From Mycobacteriales bacterium (GTDB lineage Bacteria > Actinomycetota > Actinomycetes > Mycobacteriales > SCTD01): DNA of 34,976 bases. Position 1 is the stretch's first letter; each line of letters starts with the position of its first letter. The stretch is from the NCBI GenBank assembly GCA_038255675.1, contig JBBSLB010000002.1:1-34976 (forward strand), given 5' to 3'. Made by a program: the position numbers and the translations under genes. Below the pieces are notes generated by a model. It was not told the DNA's origin. It saw nothing but the letters and a program-made list of their open reading frames with translations, and made no database searches. Below are positions 25,813 to 34,976 of the stretch, piece by piece.

Positions 25813-27861
25813 GTGTCCCACCTCACACCTGATCAGGAGCCGTCCGTGGCTGAGCTGACCCCCGTCCAGCGCGAGGTCCTGCGCGCACTGGTCGACACCG
25901 CTGTCCCCTCGCTCCAGGTCGAGGACGACCCACACGGCTTCTGGGCGCTGCCCGGCAGCGCCGTCGGTGTCGACCAGGGCCTCGAGCATGCGCTGGCCGA
26001 CATGAGCCAGGCCGACCAGGCCGGCATGGCCCAGCTGCTCGACGGCCTGGCGATGCTGGGCTTCCAGCACCAGGGACGCAAGACCCGCGAGGGCATGCTC
26101 GGCACCGCGATGGCGCTGGCTCCCGAGGCGCTCATCGCCCTCTCGACGCTGCGCGGCGCGAGCTGCCTGCTCGCGCACTCCATCACCGACGCCGACGGCC
26201 GCAACCCCTTCTGGCCGCAGTACGGCTACCCCGGCCCGGTCATCACCCCGCCCGACACCGAGCCGTACATCACGCCACACGTCCCCACCGACGGCGAGGT
26301 GATCGAGGCCGACGTGGTGGTCGTGGGCTCGGGCGCGGGCGGCGGCACCATCGCCGGCGTCCTGGCCGCGCAGGGCAAGAGGGTCGTCGTGCTCGAGGTC
26401 GGCCGAGCCACCAGCGAGCGCGACTACCGCCAGCTCGAGCTCGAGTCCAGCCAGACGATGATGTACCGCGGTGGCATCGCGGTCTCCGCCGACGGCAACA
26501 TCGGCCTGCTCGCGGGAGCGACCCTCGGCGGCGGCACGACGATCAACTGGCACAACTGCGTCAAGCCCAGCGACGCGGTCCGCAAGCAGTGGGCCGACGA
26601 GCACGGCCTCACCGACGTCGACTCCCCCGATTTCGACCGTCACCTCGAGGCGGTGCTCGCCCGGATGAAGGCCAACGACGAGTGCTCGGATCTCAACGGC
26701 CCGCACCAGCGGATCGTCGAGGGCGCCGACAAGCTCGGCTGGTCCTGGCACACCGCGGTGCGCAACGTCGACAAGGACACCTACGACCCGGCGGCCGCCG
26801 GCTACACCCAGTTCGGTGACCCCAGCGGCAGCAAGATGAGCACGCTGAACACCTACCTTCGTGACGCCTTCGACCACGGCGCGGTCATCCTCGCCAACAC
26901 CAAGGCCGACCAGGTCTGCACCGAGGCCGGGCGGGCCTGCGGCGTGGCCGCCACGTGGACCGACCCCGAGACCGAACAGACCCGCCGGGTGCAGGTCACC
27001 GCGCCTGACGTCGTCGTCGCCTGCGGGGCGCTCGAGACGCCCGCGCTGCTGCTGCGCTCCGGCATCGGCGGCCCGGCCGTCGGCAAGAACCTCTACCTGC
27101 ACCCGAGCGCGGGCATCTTCGGCGTCTACGCCGAGGACCAGCGCGCGTGGTGGGGCCCGCCGCAGGCGGCGGTGATGGACGAGTTCCGCGACCTGGGCGA
27201 CGGTTACGGCTTCCTCGTCGAGGGGTCGCAGTACTACACCGGCGTCTTCGCCTTCCAGCTCGCCCGCCGCGACGGCGCGCAGGCCAAGGAGGCGATGAGC
27301 AAGCTCGGCAGGATGTCGGACTTCCTGTTCGTCCTGCGCGACCACCAGGGCGGGGAGGTGACGATCGACGAGAACGGCGAGGCCGTGCACACCTACGCCC
27401 TGACCGACGAGCGCGACATCGCGGGCTACCGCAAGGGGCTGCGCGTGATGGCCGAGCTGCACGAGGCGGCCGGCGCCGAGGAGATGTGGTTCGGGGCGAC
27501 GCCACGGGTGTGGAAGCGGGGTGAGGACGTCGGCGCGTGGTGCGATGAACTCGACACGATGCACATCGGCGCCGGCGGGCTGTTCATGGGCTCGGCGCAC
27601 CAGATGGGCAGCGCCCGCATGGGCACCGACCCGGCAACCTCCGTCGCTCAGCCGACCGGCGAGCTGCACGACGTCGCCGGCGTGTGGATCGGCGACACCA
27701 GCGCGTTCCCGACGCCGTCCGGCGCCAACCCGATGCTCACCTGCATGGCGCTCGCGCACCGCACCGCCGAGCACATCAGCGGCGAGCGCGACCAGACCGC
27801 GATCCCCGCCGCCCGACACGCCATGGCCGAGAAGGCCCTCGACGACGCCCCCGCGGCCTAG
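25813..27861 (+). CDS. GMC-family FAD oxidoreductase, long-chain alcohol oxidase-like, with a ~150-aa N-terminal extension
   Basis: 682 aa. Motifs present: ADVVVVGSGAGGGTIAGVLAAQGKRVVVLEVG (FAD GxGxxG), GGGTTINWHNC, and a C-terminal GSAHQMGSARMG...VWIGDTSAFPTPSGANP (GMC C-terminal signature). Confidence 0.85.
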   Translation: MSHLTPDQEPSVAELTPVQREVLRALVDTAVPSLQVEDDPHGFWALPGSAVGVDQGLEHALADMSQADQAGMAQLLDGLAMLGFQHQGRKTREGMLGTAMALAPEALIALSTLRGASCLLAHSITDADGRNPFWPQYGYPGPVITPPDTEPYITPHVPTDGEVIEADVVVVGSGAGGGTIAGVLAAQGKRVVVLEVGRATSERDYRQLELESSQTMMYRGGIAVSADGNIGLLAGATLGGGTTINWHNCVKPSDAVRKQWADEHGLTDVDSPDFDRHLEAVLARMKANDECSDLNGPHQRIVEGADKLGWSWHTAVRNVDKDTYDPAAAGYTQFGDPSGSKMSTLNTYLRDAFDHGAVILANTKADQVCTEAGRACGVAATWTDPETEQTRRVQVTAPDVVVACGALETPALLLRSGIGGPAVGKNLYLHPSAGIFGVYAEDQRAWWGPPQAAVMDEFRDLGDGYGFLVEGSQYYTGVFAFQLARRDGAQAKEAMSKLGRMSDFLFVLRDHQGGEVTIDENGEAVHTYALTDERDIAGYRKGLRVMAELHEAAGAEEMWFGATPRVWKRGEDVGAWCDELDTMHIGAGGLFMGSAHQMGSARMGTDPATSVAQPTGELHDVAGVWIGDTSAFPTPSGANPMLTCMALAHRTAEHISGERDQTAIPAARHAMAEKALDDAPAA

Positions 27862-27871
27862 GAGCTCTGAC

Positions 27872-29299
<1,428 letters not shown>

Positions 29300-29310
29300 G
29301 CGATCCGCCG

Positions 29311-29338
29311 GCGCCGGTCCCCGTCCGAGGACCGGCGC
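29311..29338. terminator. GC-rich hairpin between convergent genes (possible bidirectional terminator)
   Basis: GCGCCGGTCC-(8 nt)-GGACCGGCGC is a perfect 10-bp stem, located between stop 29299 (+) and stop 29356 (-). Confidence 0.5.
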
Positions 29339-29355
29339 GGCGGCGCGTCCGGAGG

Positions 29356-29535
29356 CTAGCCGCGCGGCGGGACGAGGTCGAGCAGGCCGAGGCAGTCGAG
29401 CATCGCGTCCTGTCCGTCGTCGACCGCGATGTGCGCCCGCACGGTCTGCGCCGCGCGCCACCGCTCGAGCTCGTGGTGCTGCAGGGTGGCGGCGATGACG
29501 GCGTCGTGCGTGCGGACAGCAGTGGGGGTGGCCAT
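29356..29535 (-). CDS. Hypothetical small protein (59 aa)
   Basis: ATG 29535 has a strong SD (GGAGGA 9 nt upstream). The product reads MATPTAVRTHDAVIAATLQHHELERWRAAQTVRAHIAVDDGQDAMLDCLGLLDLVPPRG. I recognise no family. Confidence 0.5.
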   Translation of the reverse strand: MATPTAVRTHDAVIAATLQHHELERWRAAQTVRAHIAVDDGQDAMLDCLGLLDLVPPRG

Positions 29536-29608
29536 GGTCACACTGTCCTCCCCCTTGGCCGAGGGTCGCGCGGCGGGGGGCCCGGCGGGCCGCGTGGGAG
29601 CCTGCGCC

Positions 29609-30196
29609 ATGGCCGTCCCCCGCACCGTCGGCGCACTGTGCGGGATCGCAGGGCCGGTGGCCTTCGTCGGGGCGTGGCTGGTCGGCGGGCTGCTCCGTGA
29701 CGGCTACGACCCACTGGAGCAGGCGATCAGCCAGCTGGCCCGCGAGGGGACGCCCGATCGCGCTCTCATGACGGCCGGGCTGGTGGCCTTCGGCGTGCTT
29801 GTGCCCGTGTGGGCGGTCGTGCTCGGCCGGGTGCTGGGCAGCCGCGCCGTCCAGGCCGCGGTCGTCGTGGCCGGCCTGGCCACCCTCGCCGTCGCCGCGC
29901 TCCCGCTGACCCGCGAGCCCGGTGGCACGCAGGACCTGCTGCACGCGCTGGTCGCCGCGACCGGCTACGTCGCCATGGCCGGCACCCCCCTGCTCGCCGC
30001 CGGACCGCTGCGCCGTCGCGGTCACCGCACCGCCGCGACCGTCTCGATCGCCGTCGGCCTCCTGAGCGCGGCCTGCCTGGTCGGGACTGTCGCGCTGAGC
30101 AGCGGCAGCGGCGGGCTGCAGCGCGGCGGGCTGGGCGTCGTCGACGTCTGGCACGTCGTCGCCGCCGTCTGGGTGCTGCGGGCAGCGCGGCGCTGA
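29609..30196 (+). CDS. DUF998-family membrane protein
   Basis: 195 aa reading MAVPRTVGALCGIAGPVAFVGAWLVGGLLRDGYDPLEQAISQLAREGTP..., followed by multiple TM helices. This is the typical DUF998 opening. Confidence 0.7.
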   Translation: MAVPRTVGALCGIAGPVAFVGAWLVGGLLRDGYDPLEQAISQLAREGTPDRALMTAGLVAFGVLVPVWAVVLGRVLGSRAVQAAVVVAGLATLAVAALPLTREPGGTQDLLHALVAATGYVAMAGTPLLAAGPLRRRGHRTAATVSIAVGLLSAACLVGTVALSSGSGGLQRGGLGVVDVWHVVAAVWVLRAARR

Positions 30197-30286
30197 TCGA
30201 GCCGGGCGCAATCACCTGGGCCCGGTCTGTGGACAACGGCAACAGCCGTCCGGTGGTCCTCCTAGGGTCTCCCCGACCGGACGGAG

Positions 30287-30592
30287 GTGGACGTGACGGG
30301 GTTCGCCGTCCGACCCGAGCTCGTCGCGGGCGCGGGGGCGCGCCTGGCCGACGTGGCGGTCGACGCTGCCGGCACCGCCGCGTCCCTGCGGGCCGCACTG
30401 ACGGGCGTCGGCGAGGCCGCCGGCCATCCCGGGGTCCTGGCCGCCGCGCAGGACGCCGCGAGCGCCTGGCTGGGTGCGGGCCAGGCGTGGGCGGCCGGGG
30501 CCGCCTCGCTGGGCGACGCCGCCGTCGCCGCCGCCGCCGCCTACCTCGCGACCGACGCCACACGGGCCCAGTCCTTCGCGCCCACGCCGTGA
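30287..30592 (+). CDS. Small helical type VII secretion-target-like protein (EspC/PE-like) carrying a YxxxD motif
   Basis: About 100 aa, Ala-rich and helical. The C-terminal ...AAAAAYLATDATR contains Y-L-A-T-D (30542-30556). The SD GGAGG (30283-30287) favours the second GTG at 30293 as the start. The stop overlaps the next gene's start (GTGA). Confidence 0.6.
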   Translation: MDVTGFAVRPELVAGAGARLADVAVDAAGTAASLRAALTGVGEAAGHPGVLAAAQDAASAWLGAGQAWAAGAASLGDAAVAAAAAYLATDATRAQSFAPTP

Positions 30593-31755
30593 GCCGCTTC
30601 GCCGCGCCGACCGGCGACCCCGAGGGGCTGCGTGCGGCCGCCCGCCGGCTGTCGCGGTCCGCGGCCGAGCTCGACGGCAGGGGCGTCGCCGCCGCGACAG
30701 CCGGCACGACGGCGCTCACGGGGTGGTCCGGGTCGGCCAGCCTGCAGTTCGTCGCCCAGGCCCGCTCGCTGCGCAGCAGCACCTCCCAGGCCCAGGACGC
30801 GCTCGAGGGAGTCAGCCGGGCGGCTTCCCGCTTCGCCGACGAGGTCGAGCAGGCCAGGCAGGAGGTGGCCCGGCTCAACGACGCGTGGGGCGACGCCGTC
30901 GAGCGCGCCCACCGCAGCTGTGACGACGGCAGCGAGACGCTGCGCGAGCAGGGCTCGCGCCTGACGGCCCGCTACGACCAGGTGACCGGCGACCTGCGCG
31001 ACGCGGGCTTCTCGCTCGAGCGGGCGCTGCGGGAGCGCGACCCCGTCGCACTGCTCCCCGGCTGGGTCGCTGGTGGCATCTACACCGGGCAGCACGCCGC
31101 GCGGGCCCACGGCCTGCTCCGCACCCGGGGCGCGGCCGCTGCCCGCTACGCCCACCTCGTCGTGCAGGCCGGCCGCTTCTACGACCTCGGCCGTCCGGCC
31201 GTCGCGAACGCGCTGCTCACCTCGGCCCAGGCCGAGAAGCTGCGCGACGTGCTGACCGGCCGGGGCACGACCGGCCGCTTCGCCGCCGCCCGCACCGTCC
31301 TCGGGCGCGCCTTCCTGCCGCTGACCTTCCTCGGCGGGGTCAGCGACGCGGTGACGGGCGGCGGCCACGACGGCGCCCGCGGTGCGGCCACCCGGGTCGC
31401 AGGTGCTGCGGGCGCCGCCGGCGCGCTGGCTCTGGGGGCGACCTATCTCGGCCTGGCCGCCCTCGGTCCGGTCGGGGTGGCGCTCGCGGCGGGCGCCGTC
31501 ATCGGCTACGGCCTGTGGTCGCTCGGCAATCTTGTCTACGACCACCGCGAGCAGATCGGCGCGTTCCTCGGTCAGGTCGGGACAGGGCTGGCGACCGGGG
31601 CGCGGCACGTCGGCCAGGCCGTCACCCGCACCGTCGACAGCGCCAAGCAGGTCCTCTCCGACGGCGTCGGCGCCGCCGTGGCCACCGGGCGCCGGGTCGT
31701 CGACGTCCTGACCAGCCCGGCCCGGCTGCTGCCCTCGCTCGGCGGGCTGTTCTGA
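30589..31755 (+). CDS. WXG100-like N-terminal domain protein with a Gly/Ala-rich C-terminal membrane region
   Basis: 388 aa. The N-terminus ...TALTGWSGSASLQFVAQARSL...ALEGVSRAASRFADEVEQARQEVARL carries W-S-G at 30724-30732 within a helix-turn-helix pattern. The C-terminus AGAAGAAGALALGATYLGLAALGPVGVALAAGAVIGYGLWSLG has predicted TM or glycine-zipper character. Confidence 0.6.
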   Translation: MSRFAAPTGDPEGLRAAARRLSRSAAELDGRGVAAATAGTTALTGWSGSASLQFVAQARSLRSSTSQAQDALEGVSRAASRFADEVEQARQEVARLNDAWGDAVERAHRSCDDGSETLREQGSRLTARYDQVTGDLRDAGFSLERALRERDPVALLPGWVAGGIYTGQHAARAHGLLRTRGAAAARYAHLVVQAGRFYDLGRPAVANALLTSAQAEKLRDVLTGRGTTGRFAAARTVLGRAFLPLTFLGGVSDAVTGGGHDGARGAATRVAGAAGAAGALALGATYLGLAALGPVGVALAAGAVIGYGLWSLGNLVYDHREQIGAFLGQVGTGLATGARHVGQAVTRTVDSAKQVLSDGVGAAVATGRRVVDVLTSPARLLPSLGGLF

Positions 31756-31756
31756 C

Positions 31757-32539
31757 GTGACGGCCTCCGGCCTGCCCCAGCCCGTGCCGCTGGTGGACCT
31801 CACCGACGAGGAGCTCGCCGCCCTCGACGGCCCGCCCGTCGGGCTCGTCGTGTCCCCCTACCTCGAGGTGCTCGACCCGGCAGCCCGCGACGTCGCCGTC
31901 GTGACGGCGTTCCGCTCGCTCGTGGCCCGCGGGCTGGTCCTCGCCCCCACCCCGCAACACGCCGAGACCGCCGCGCGTGCCGCCGCGGCCGCCGGCGAGG
32001 AGCTGGCCGCGGTCGAGGTCGAGATGGCCGAGGTCCTCTCGCAGGTGCTGACCCTGCGCCGCGTCGCCGACCGCGTGGTCTGCGTCCAGCGGACGACCGG
32101 GCAGAGCCGGGCATGGCGCTACCTGCACCGCGTCGACGACGCACTGACCCTCGACGAGCTCGTCGAGCCGACCGGACTGCACCGCTACGCGCTCGTGGCG
32201 ACGCCCGCCCTGCTCGACGTGCTCGTCGACTGGGTCGTCCCGGACGGCGTCGACGGCGCGGACGGGGCGGAGGTCGACCTCGACGCGTCCGCGGCCGCCG
32301 GCGGCCGGGCCGGTGACGCGCTGGTGGAGCAGCTCGCCGGCGCCCACGTCCTGGCCGACGTCACCGTCCGCGGCCGCGGCGACGCCGGCCCCGGCCTGCT
32401 GCTCGGCACCTTCGCCGGCCCCGACGGGCTGCACCTGTCCACGACCGCCTTCGGCACCGGCGAACAGGTCCGACTCCGCGCGGTCTCCCGACGTAGCCTG
32501 CGGGCGGCGCTGGCCGACCAGCTCGAGGGGACGCGATGA
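31757..32539 (+). CDS. Hypothetical cytoplasmic protein (possible EspG-like chaperone or immunity factor)
   Basis: 260 aa with a GTG start 2 nt after the previous stop and no TM helix. Its size and position after a YxxxD/WxG pair resemble EspG. No motif-level identification was possible. Confidence 0.5.
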   Translation: MTASGLPQPVPLVDLTDEELAALDGPPVGLVVSPYLEVLDPAARDVAVVTAFRSLVARGLVLAPTPQHAETAARAAAAAGEELAAVEVEMAEVLSQVLTLRRVADRVVCVQRTTGQSRAWRYLHRVDDALTLDELVEPTGLHRYALVATPALLDVLVDWVVPDGVDGADGAEVDLDASAAAGGRAGDALVEQLAGAHVLADVTVRGRGDAGPGLLLGTFAGPDGLHLSTTAFGTGEQVRLRAVSRRSLRAALADQLEGTR

Positions 32540-33141
32540 CCAGGGTGCGGTTCACGCGGCTGACCAGCCGCCAGGGCGCCCTGTGGGGGCTCGGGACGCT
32601 GGCGGTGGCGGTGGTGCTGGTCATCTACCTCGTTGCGCAGGACCCGACGCTGGCCGTCTACGCCCTCGTGCTGCCGGTCCTGCTGCTGGTGCTCGTGGCC
32701 GTGGTCGTGCGGCACCGCCAGTGGCTCGAGCTCGACGGGGCCGAGCCGTTCCTGGTCCAGCGCCGCCTGATCACGTCCGATCGGGTGGGCCTGCACAGCG
32801 CCGGGGAGGTCTCGCTGCACACCAACGGCGCCGGCACGGCGATGCTCTGGGCCCACGGCAAGGACCGGAGCCGGGCCTTCGCGCCGGTGCTCGCCCTCAC
32901 GCCCTACGTCCAGCGCTCCCAGCCGGCCGAGGTGCTCGACGCCGCGGCCGCAGCCCTCCAGTCCAGCCGGGCGAAGGGCGCTGTGGTCGTCCGGGAGCAG
33001 CTGCTCGCGCAGTCCGCCCACGTGCGCAGCGGCGGCGCGGTGCAGGCCTCGCCGCTGGCCGGGCTCGCCGGCGACCTGACCGGCCCCGCGCGCGGGACCG
33101 GAGCGGCCGGAAGCACCGGCAGCCTGGCCGACGGCGCCTGA
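32536..33141 (+). CDS. Hypothetical two-TM membrane protein
   Basis: 201 aa. The ATG overlaps the previous stop (ATGA). It has helices LWGLGTLAVAVVLVIYLV and LAVYALVLPVLLLVLVAVVV, followed by a soluble domain. Confidence 0.55.
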   Translation: MTRVRFTRLTSRQGALWGLGTLAVAVVLVIYLVAQDPTLAVYALVLPVLLLVLVAVVVRHRQWLELDGAEPFLVQRRLITSDRVGLHSAGEVSLHTNGAGTAMLWAHGKDRSRAFAPVLALTPYVQRSQPAEVLDAAAAALQSSRAKGAVVVREQLLAQSAHVRSGGAVQASPLAGLAGDLTGPARGTGAAGSTGSLADGA

Positions 33142-33233
33142 GCCGCGGCCGTTCCGCGATGGCGTCCCCTGCTTGCCCCCTGTCCGGCGGCCTCAGCCGG
33201 GCCGTCTTGCGGCCCTGCTGGACGGGCATGAGC

Positions 33234-34511
33234 TCACGGGCAGAGTCTTGCGAACGCCCGGTCCTTGCCTGCGGCCTTTGCCGCGTACAGGGCGAGGTCG
33301 GCTTGGGCGAGCAGGTCCGCCGACGTGCGGATGGTCGCGCCGGGGAGCCAGGTCGACAGACCCACGGACACGCTCAGCGACCGGTCGCCGGCCTGCCGGA
33401 TGCTCACCTGACGGGCCGCAGCGACGAGTCTGTCGGCGACCGCGTGCGCGCCCCCGGCGTCGATGCCCGGCAGCACCACGGCGAACTCCTCGCCACCGAA
33501 GCGCGCAAGGACGTCGCCCGCGCGCTGCAGTGATCCGCTGAGAGCCCGGGCGACGCTGCAGAGGGCCGCGTCCCCCACCAGGTGGCCGAAGGCGTCATTG
33601 AAGGACTTGAAGTTGTCGATGTCGATCATCAGAACCGACAGGGGTTCTGCGGCACGTGTGCAACGGCGCCACTCGCTGCGCAGGGCCTGGTCGAAGGCCC
33701 GGCGGTTCGGGACGCCCGTGAGGGCGTCGCTCATGACCATGCGGAGCATCTGCTCCTCCATGGCCTTCTCGGCGCTGACGTCGAGAACGAGCCCGACCGC
33801 CCGGGCCGGTCTGCCACGTCGGTCCCGGTCCAGGATCCTTCCCCGCAAGGACAGATGACGGGTCGTGGCCTCGTTTCCGACCCGGAGCTCGACCTCCGTC
33901 GCGCCGACGGTGAGGAGCTCCTGGACCGCTACCAGGACTCGGTCGCCATCGTCGGGATGAACTGCGGCCGCGAGGGCTTGGGCGTCGGCGGGCAGGGACT
34001 CCGCGGTCAGGCCCAAGACCTCGGCGGCCTGCGGCTCCCAGGTGAACAGACCCTGGCCGATGTCCAGGTCCCACAGCGCGGCGACCGTCTGGCCGAGGGC
34101 GAGGTCCAGCCCGGTGCGCAGGTGCAGGCTCTGCGCCAGGAGCAGGTGGAAGCGGGTGGTGTCGCGACCGGCGGCCCACCAGAGGTCGCTGTCGGGGATA
34201 GGGCGCGCCACCCACTCCAGGTGGACGGTGCCCCCGTCCCTTTTCACGAAGCGGTTGTCCAGCAGCACCTCGGCGGCACCCGTCTCCAGAGCGGCCAGGG
34301 CCGCCACGACAGCACCCAGGTCGTCGGGATGGACGAGCTCCAGCAGGGAGCGGTCCTGGGCCTGCGTGGTGCTCAAGCCGAGCAGGGTGGCGAAGGGCTC
34401 GTTGACCTCGCGCAGGTGCCCGTCCAGACCGGCGACGGAGAACAACTCGACCTCGGAGGTGCGGAACGTCGACCTGACGCCCGCCAGCGACGCTTCGGGG
34501 AGCACCGTCAC
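33234..34511 (-). CDS. PAS-PAS-GGDEF diguanylate cyclase (GGEEF active site, RxxD I-site)
   Basis: 425 aa. Two PAS-like segments are followed by ...DALTGVPNRRAF...MIDIDNFKSFNDAFGHLVGD...LQRAGDVLARFGGEEFAVVLPG.... RAGD lies 5 residues before GGEEF. The GTG start overlaps the BLUF stop (GTGA). Confidence 0.9.
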   Translation of the reverse strand: MTVLPEASLAGVRSTFRTSEVELFSVAGLDGHLREVNEPFATLLGLSTTQAQDRSLLELVHPDDLGAVVAALAALETGAAEVLLDNRFVKRDGGTVHLEWVARPIPDSDLWWAAGRDTTRFHLLLAQSLHLRTGLDLALGQTVAALWDLDIGQGLFTWEPQAAEVLGLTAESLPADAQALAAAVHPDDGDRVLVAVQELLTVGATEVELRVGNEATTRHLSLRGRILDRDRRGRPARAVGLVLDVSAEKAMEEQMLRMVMSDALTGVPNRRAFDQALRSEWRRCTRAAEPLSVLMIDIDNFKSFNDAFGHLVGDAALCSVARALSGSLQRAGDVLARFGGEEFAVVLPGIDAGGAHAVADRLVAAARQVSIRQAGDRSLSVSVGLSTWLPGATIRTSADLLAQADLALYAAKAAGKDRAFARLCP

Positions 34512-34933
34512 CGGACGCGGTTCTTCGCGTAGAGCTTCAGCAGGGTCTGCGCCACGCCCGCGTTCGTGACCAGGTCGGGGTTGACCAGCGGGTAGTCGGT
34601 GGCGGGGGTGAAGCCGTCGAGCTCCTCCGCCAGGTCCTCGTCGTCGACGTGCTCGAAGCCCATCGTCCAGTCCGGGAACAGCGGCGCGGCGACGTCGGCA
34701 TTCATCAGCAAGCGCAGGTTGACGTGCCGGTCGTCGGTCGCGATCCGCGCATAGGTCTCCCTCAGCGCAGCCGCGTCGCCCTCAAGCACCTGCAGGAAGC
34801 TCTGGCTGCTGTAAAGAAGCATGCCGCTGAGACCAACCTCCTCGTTGTTGCTCCTGGACACTTCGAGCAGCCGCACGAGCTCTGCAGGGCTCATGTCGTG
34901 GGTGGCCTGGCTGCAGTAGATGACACGCTTCAT
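34508..34933 (-). CDS. BLUF-domain blue-light FAD photoreceptor (stand-alone)
   Basis: 141 aa reading MKRVIYCSQATHDMSPAELVRLLEVSRSNNEEVGLSGMLLYSSQSFLQVLEGDAAALRETYARIATDDRH...DWTMGF. The conserved BLUF Tyr, Gln (FLQVLEG) and Trp/Met are present. Confidence 0.9.
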   Translation of the reverse strand: MKRVIYCSQATHDMSPAELVRLLEVSRSNNEEVGLSGMLLYSSQSFLQVLEGDAAALRETYARIATDDRHVNLRLLMNADVAAPLFPDWTMGFEHVDDEDLAEELDGFTPATDYPLVNPDLVTNAGVAQTLLKLYAKNRVR

Positions 34934-34976
34934 GGCTGCCTCTTGGTCGGGGTCTGGGACTGCGGGGCCGATCGGA

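Noticed and set aside
21802-25858. Plus-strand ORFs 21802-23967 (721 aa) and 23945-25858 (637 aa).
   Set aside because: They are antisense shadows of the MFS/MarR genes and the NCS2 permease. Their composition is dominated by R, D, E, G and H runs.
29532-29537. CCATGG palindrome giving back-to-back ATGs: plus 29534 as an alternative DUF998 start, minus 29535 for the small protein.
   Set aside because: The plus-strand extension MVTLSSPLAEGRAAGG... has no SD and precedes the typical DUF998 N-terminus at 29609. Only the minus-strand ATG has a strong SD.

Overview
This is a very high-G+C chromosomal segment that looks actinobacterial (GTG starts, 4-nt GTGA/ATGA overlaps, GC3-rich codons). It is densely packed with about 40 genes. 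I saw no rRNA, tRNA, CRISPR array, transposase or integrase.

Order of content:
- 3' end of a photolyase gene.
- A secreted triple-repeat protein with a GH25/DUF1906-like domain.
- A YncB-type NADPH oxidoreductase.
- Two paralogous Cys-containing membrane-anchored proteins flanking a hotdog-fold gene.
- A translationally coupled pdxH-MFS pair.
- Citrate synthase and serC, separated by an 8-bp x5 tandem repeat.
- An 8-gene PTS operon: DeoR, 1-phosphofructokinase, split mannitol-class EIIC/EIIB/EIIA, an MDR Zn-dehydrogenase, HPr and EI.
- A three-gene redox cluster (17798-20859).
- A MarR-MFS operon, an NCS2 purine permease and a DUF2530 protein.
- A GMC alcohol oxidase plus aldehyde dehydrogenase pair.
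- A WXG/YxxxD type VII-substrate-like four-gene operon.
- A BLUF / PAS-GGDEF pair.

The cluster at 17798-20859 is the main finding. Two genes each appear split by an in-frame TGA that sits exactly inside a redox motif: WAS-W-[TGA]-G-C in a thioredoxin-fold ResA-like protein, and D-[TGA]-G-S-C-A-S-C in a small protein. Each TGA is followed 11-14 nt later by a stem-loop of the bacterial SECIS type. Between them lies a CPTC-thioredoxin fusion protein with a large domain I could not classify. I read this as a two-selenoprotein, three-gene redox system of unknown function that ordinary ORF calling fragments.

Most of the long ORFs in the six-frame track are antisense or off-frame shadows caused by the high G+C content.
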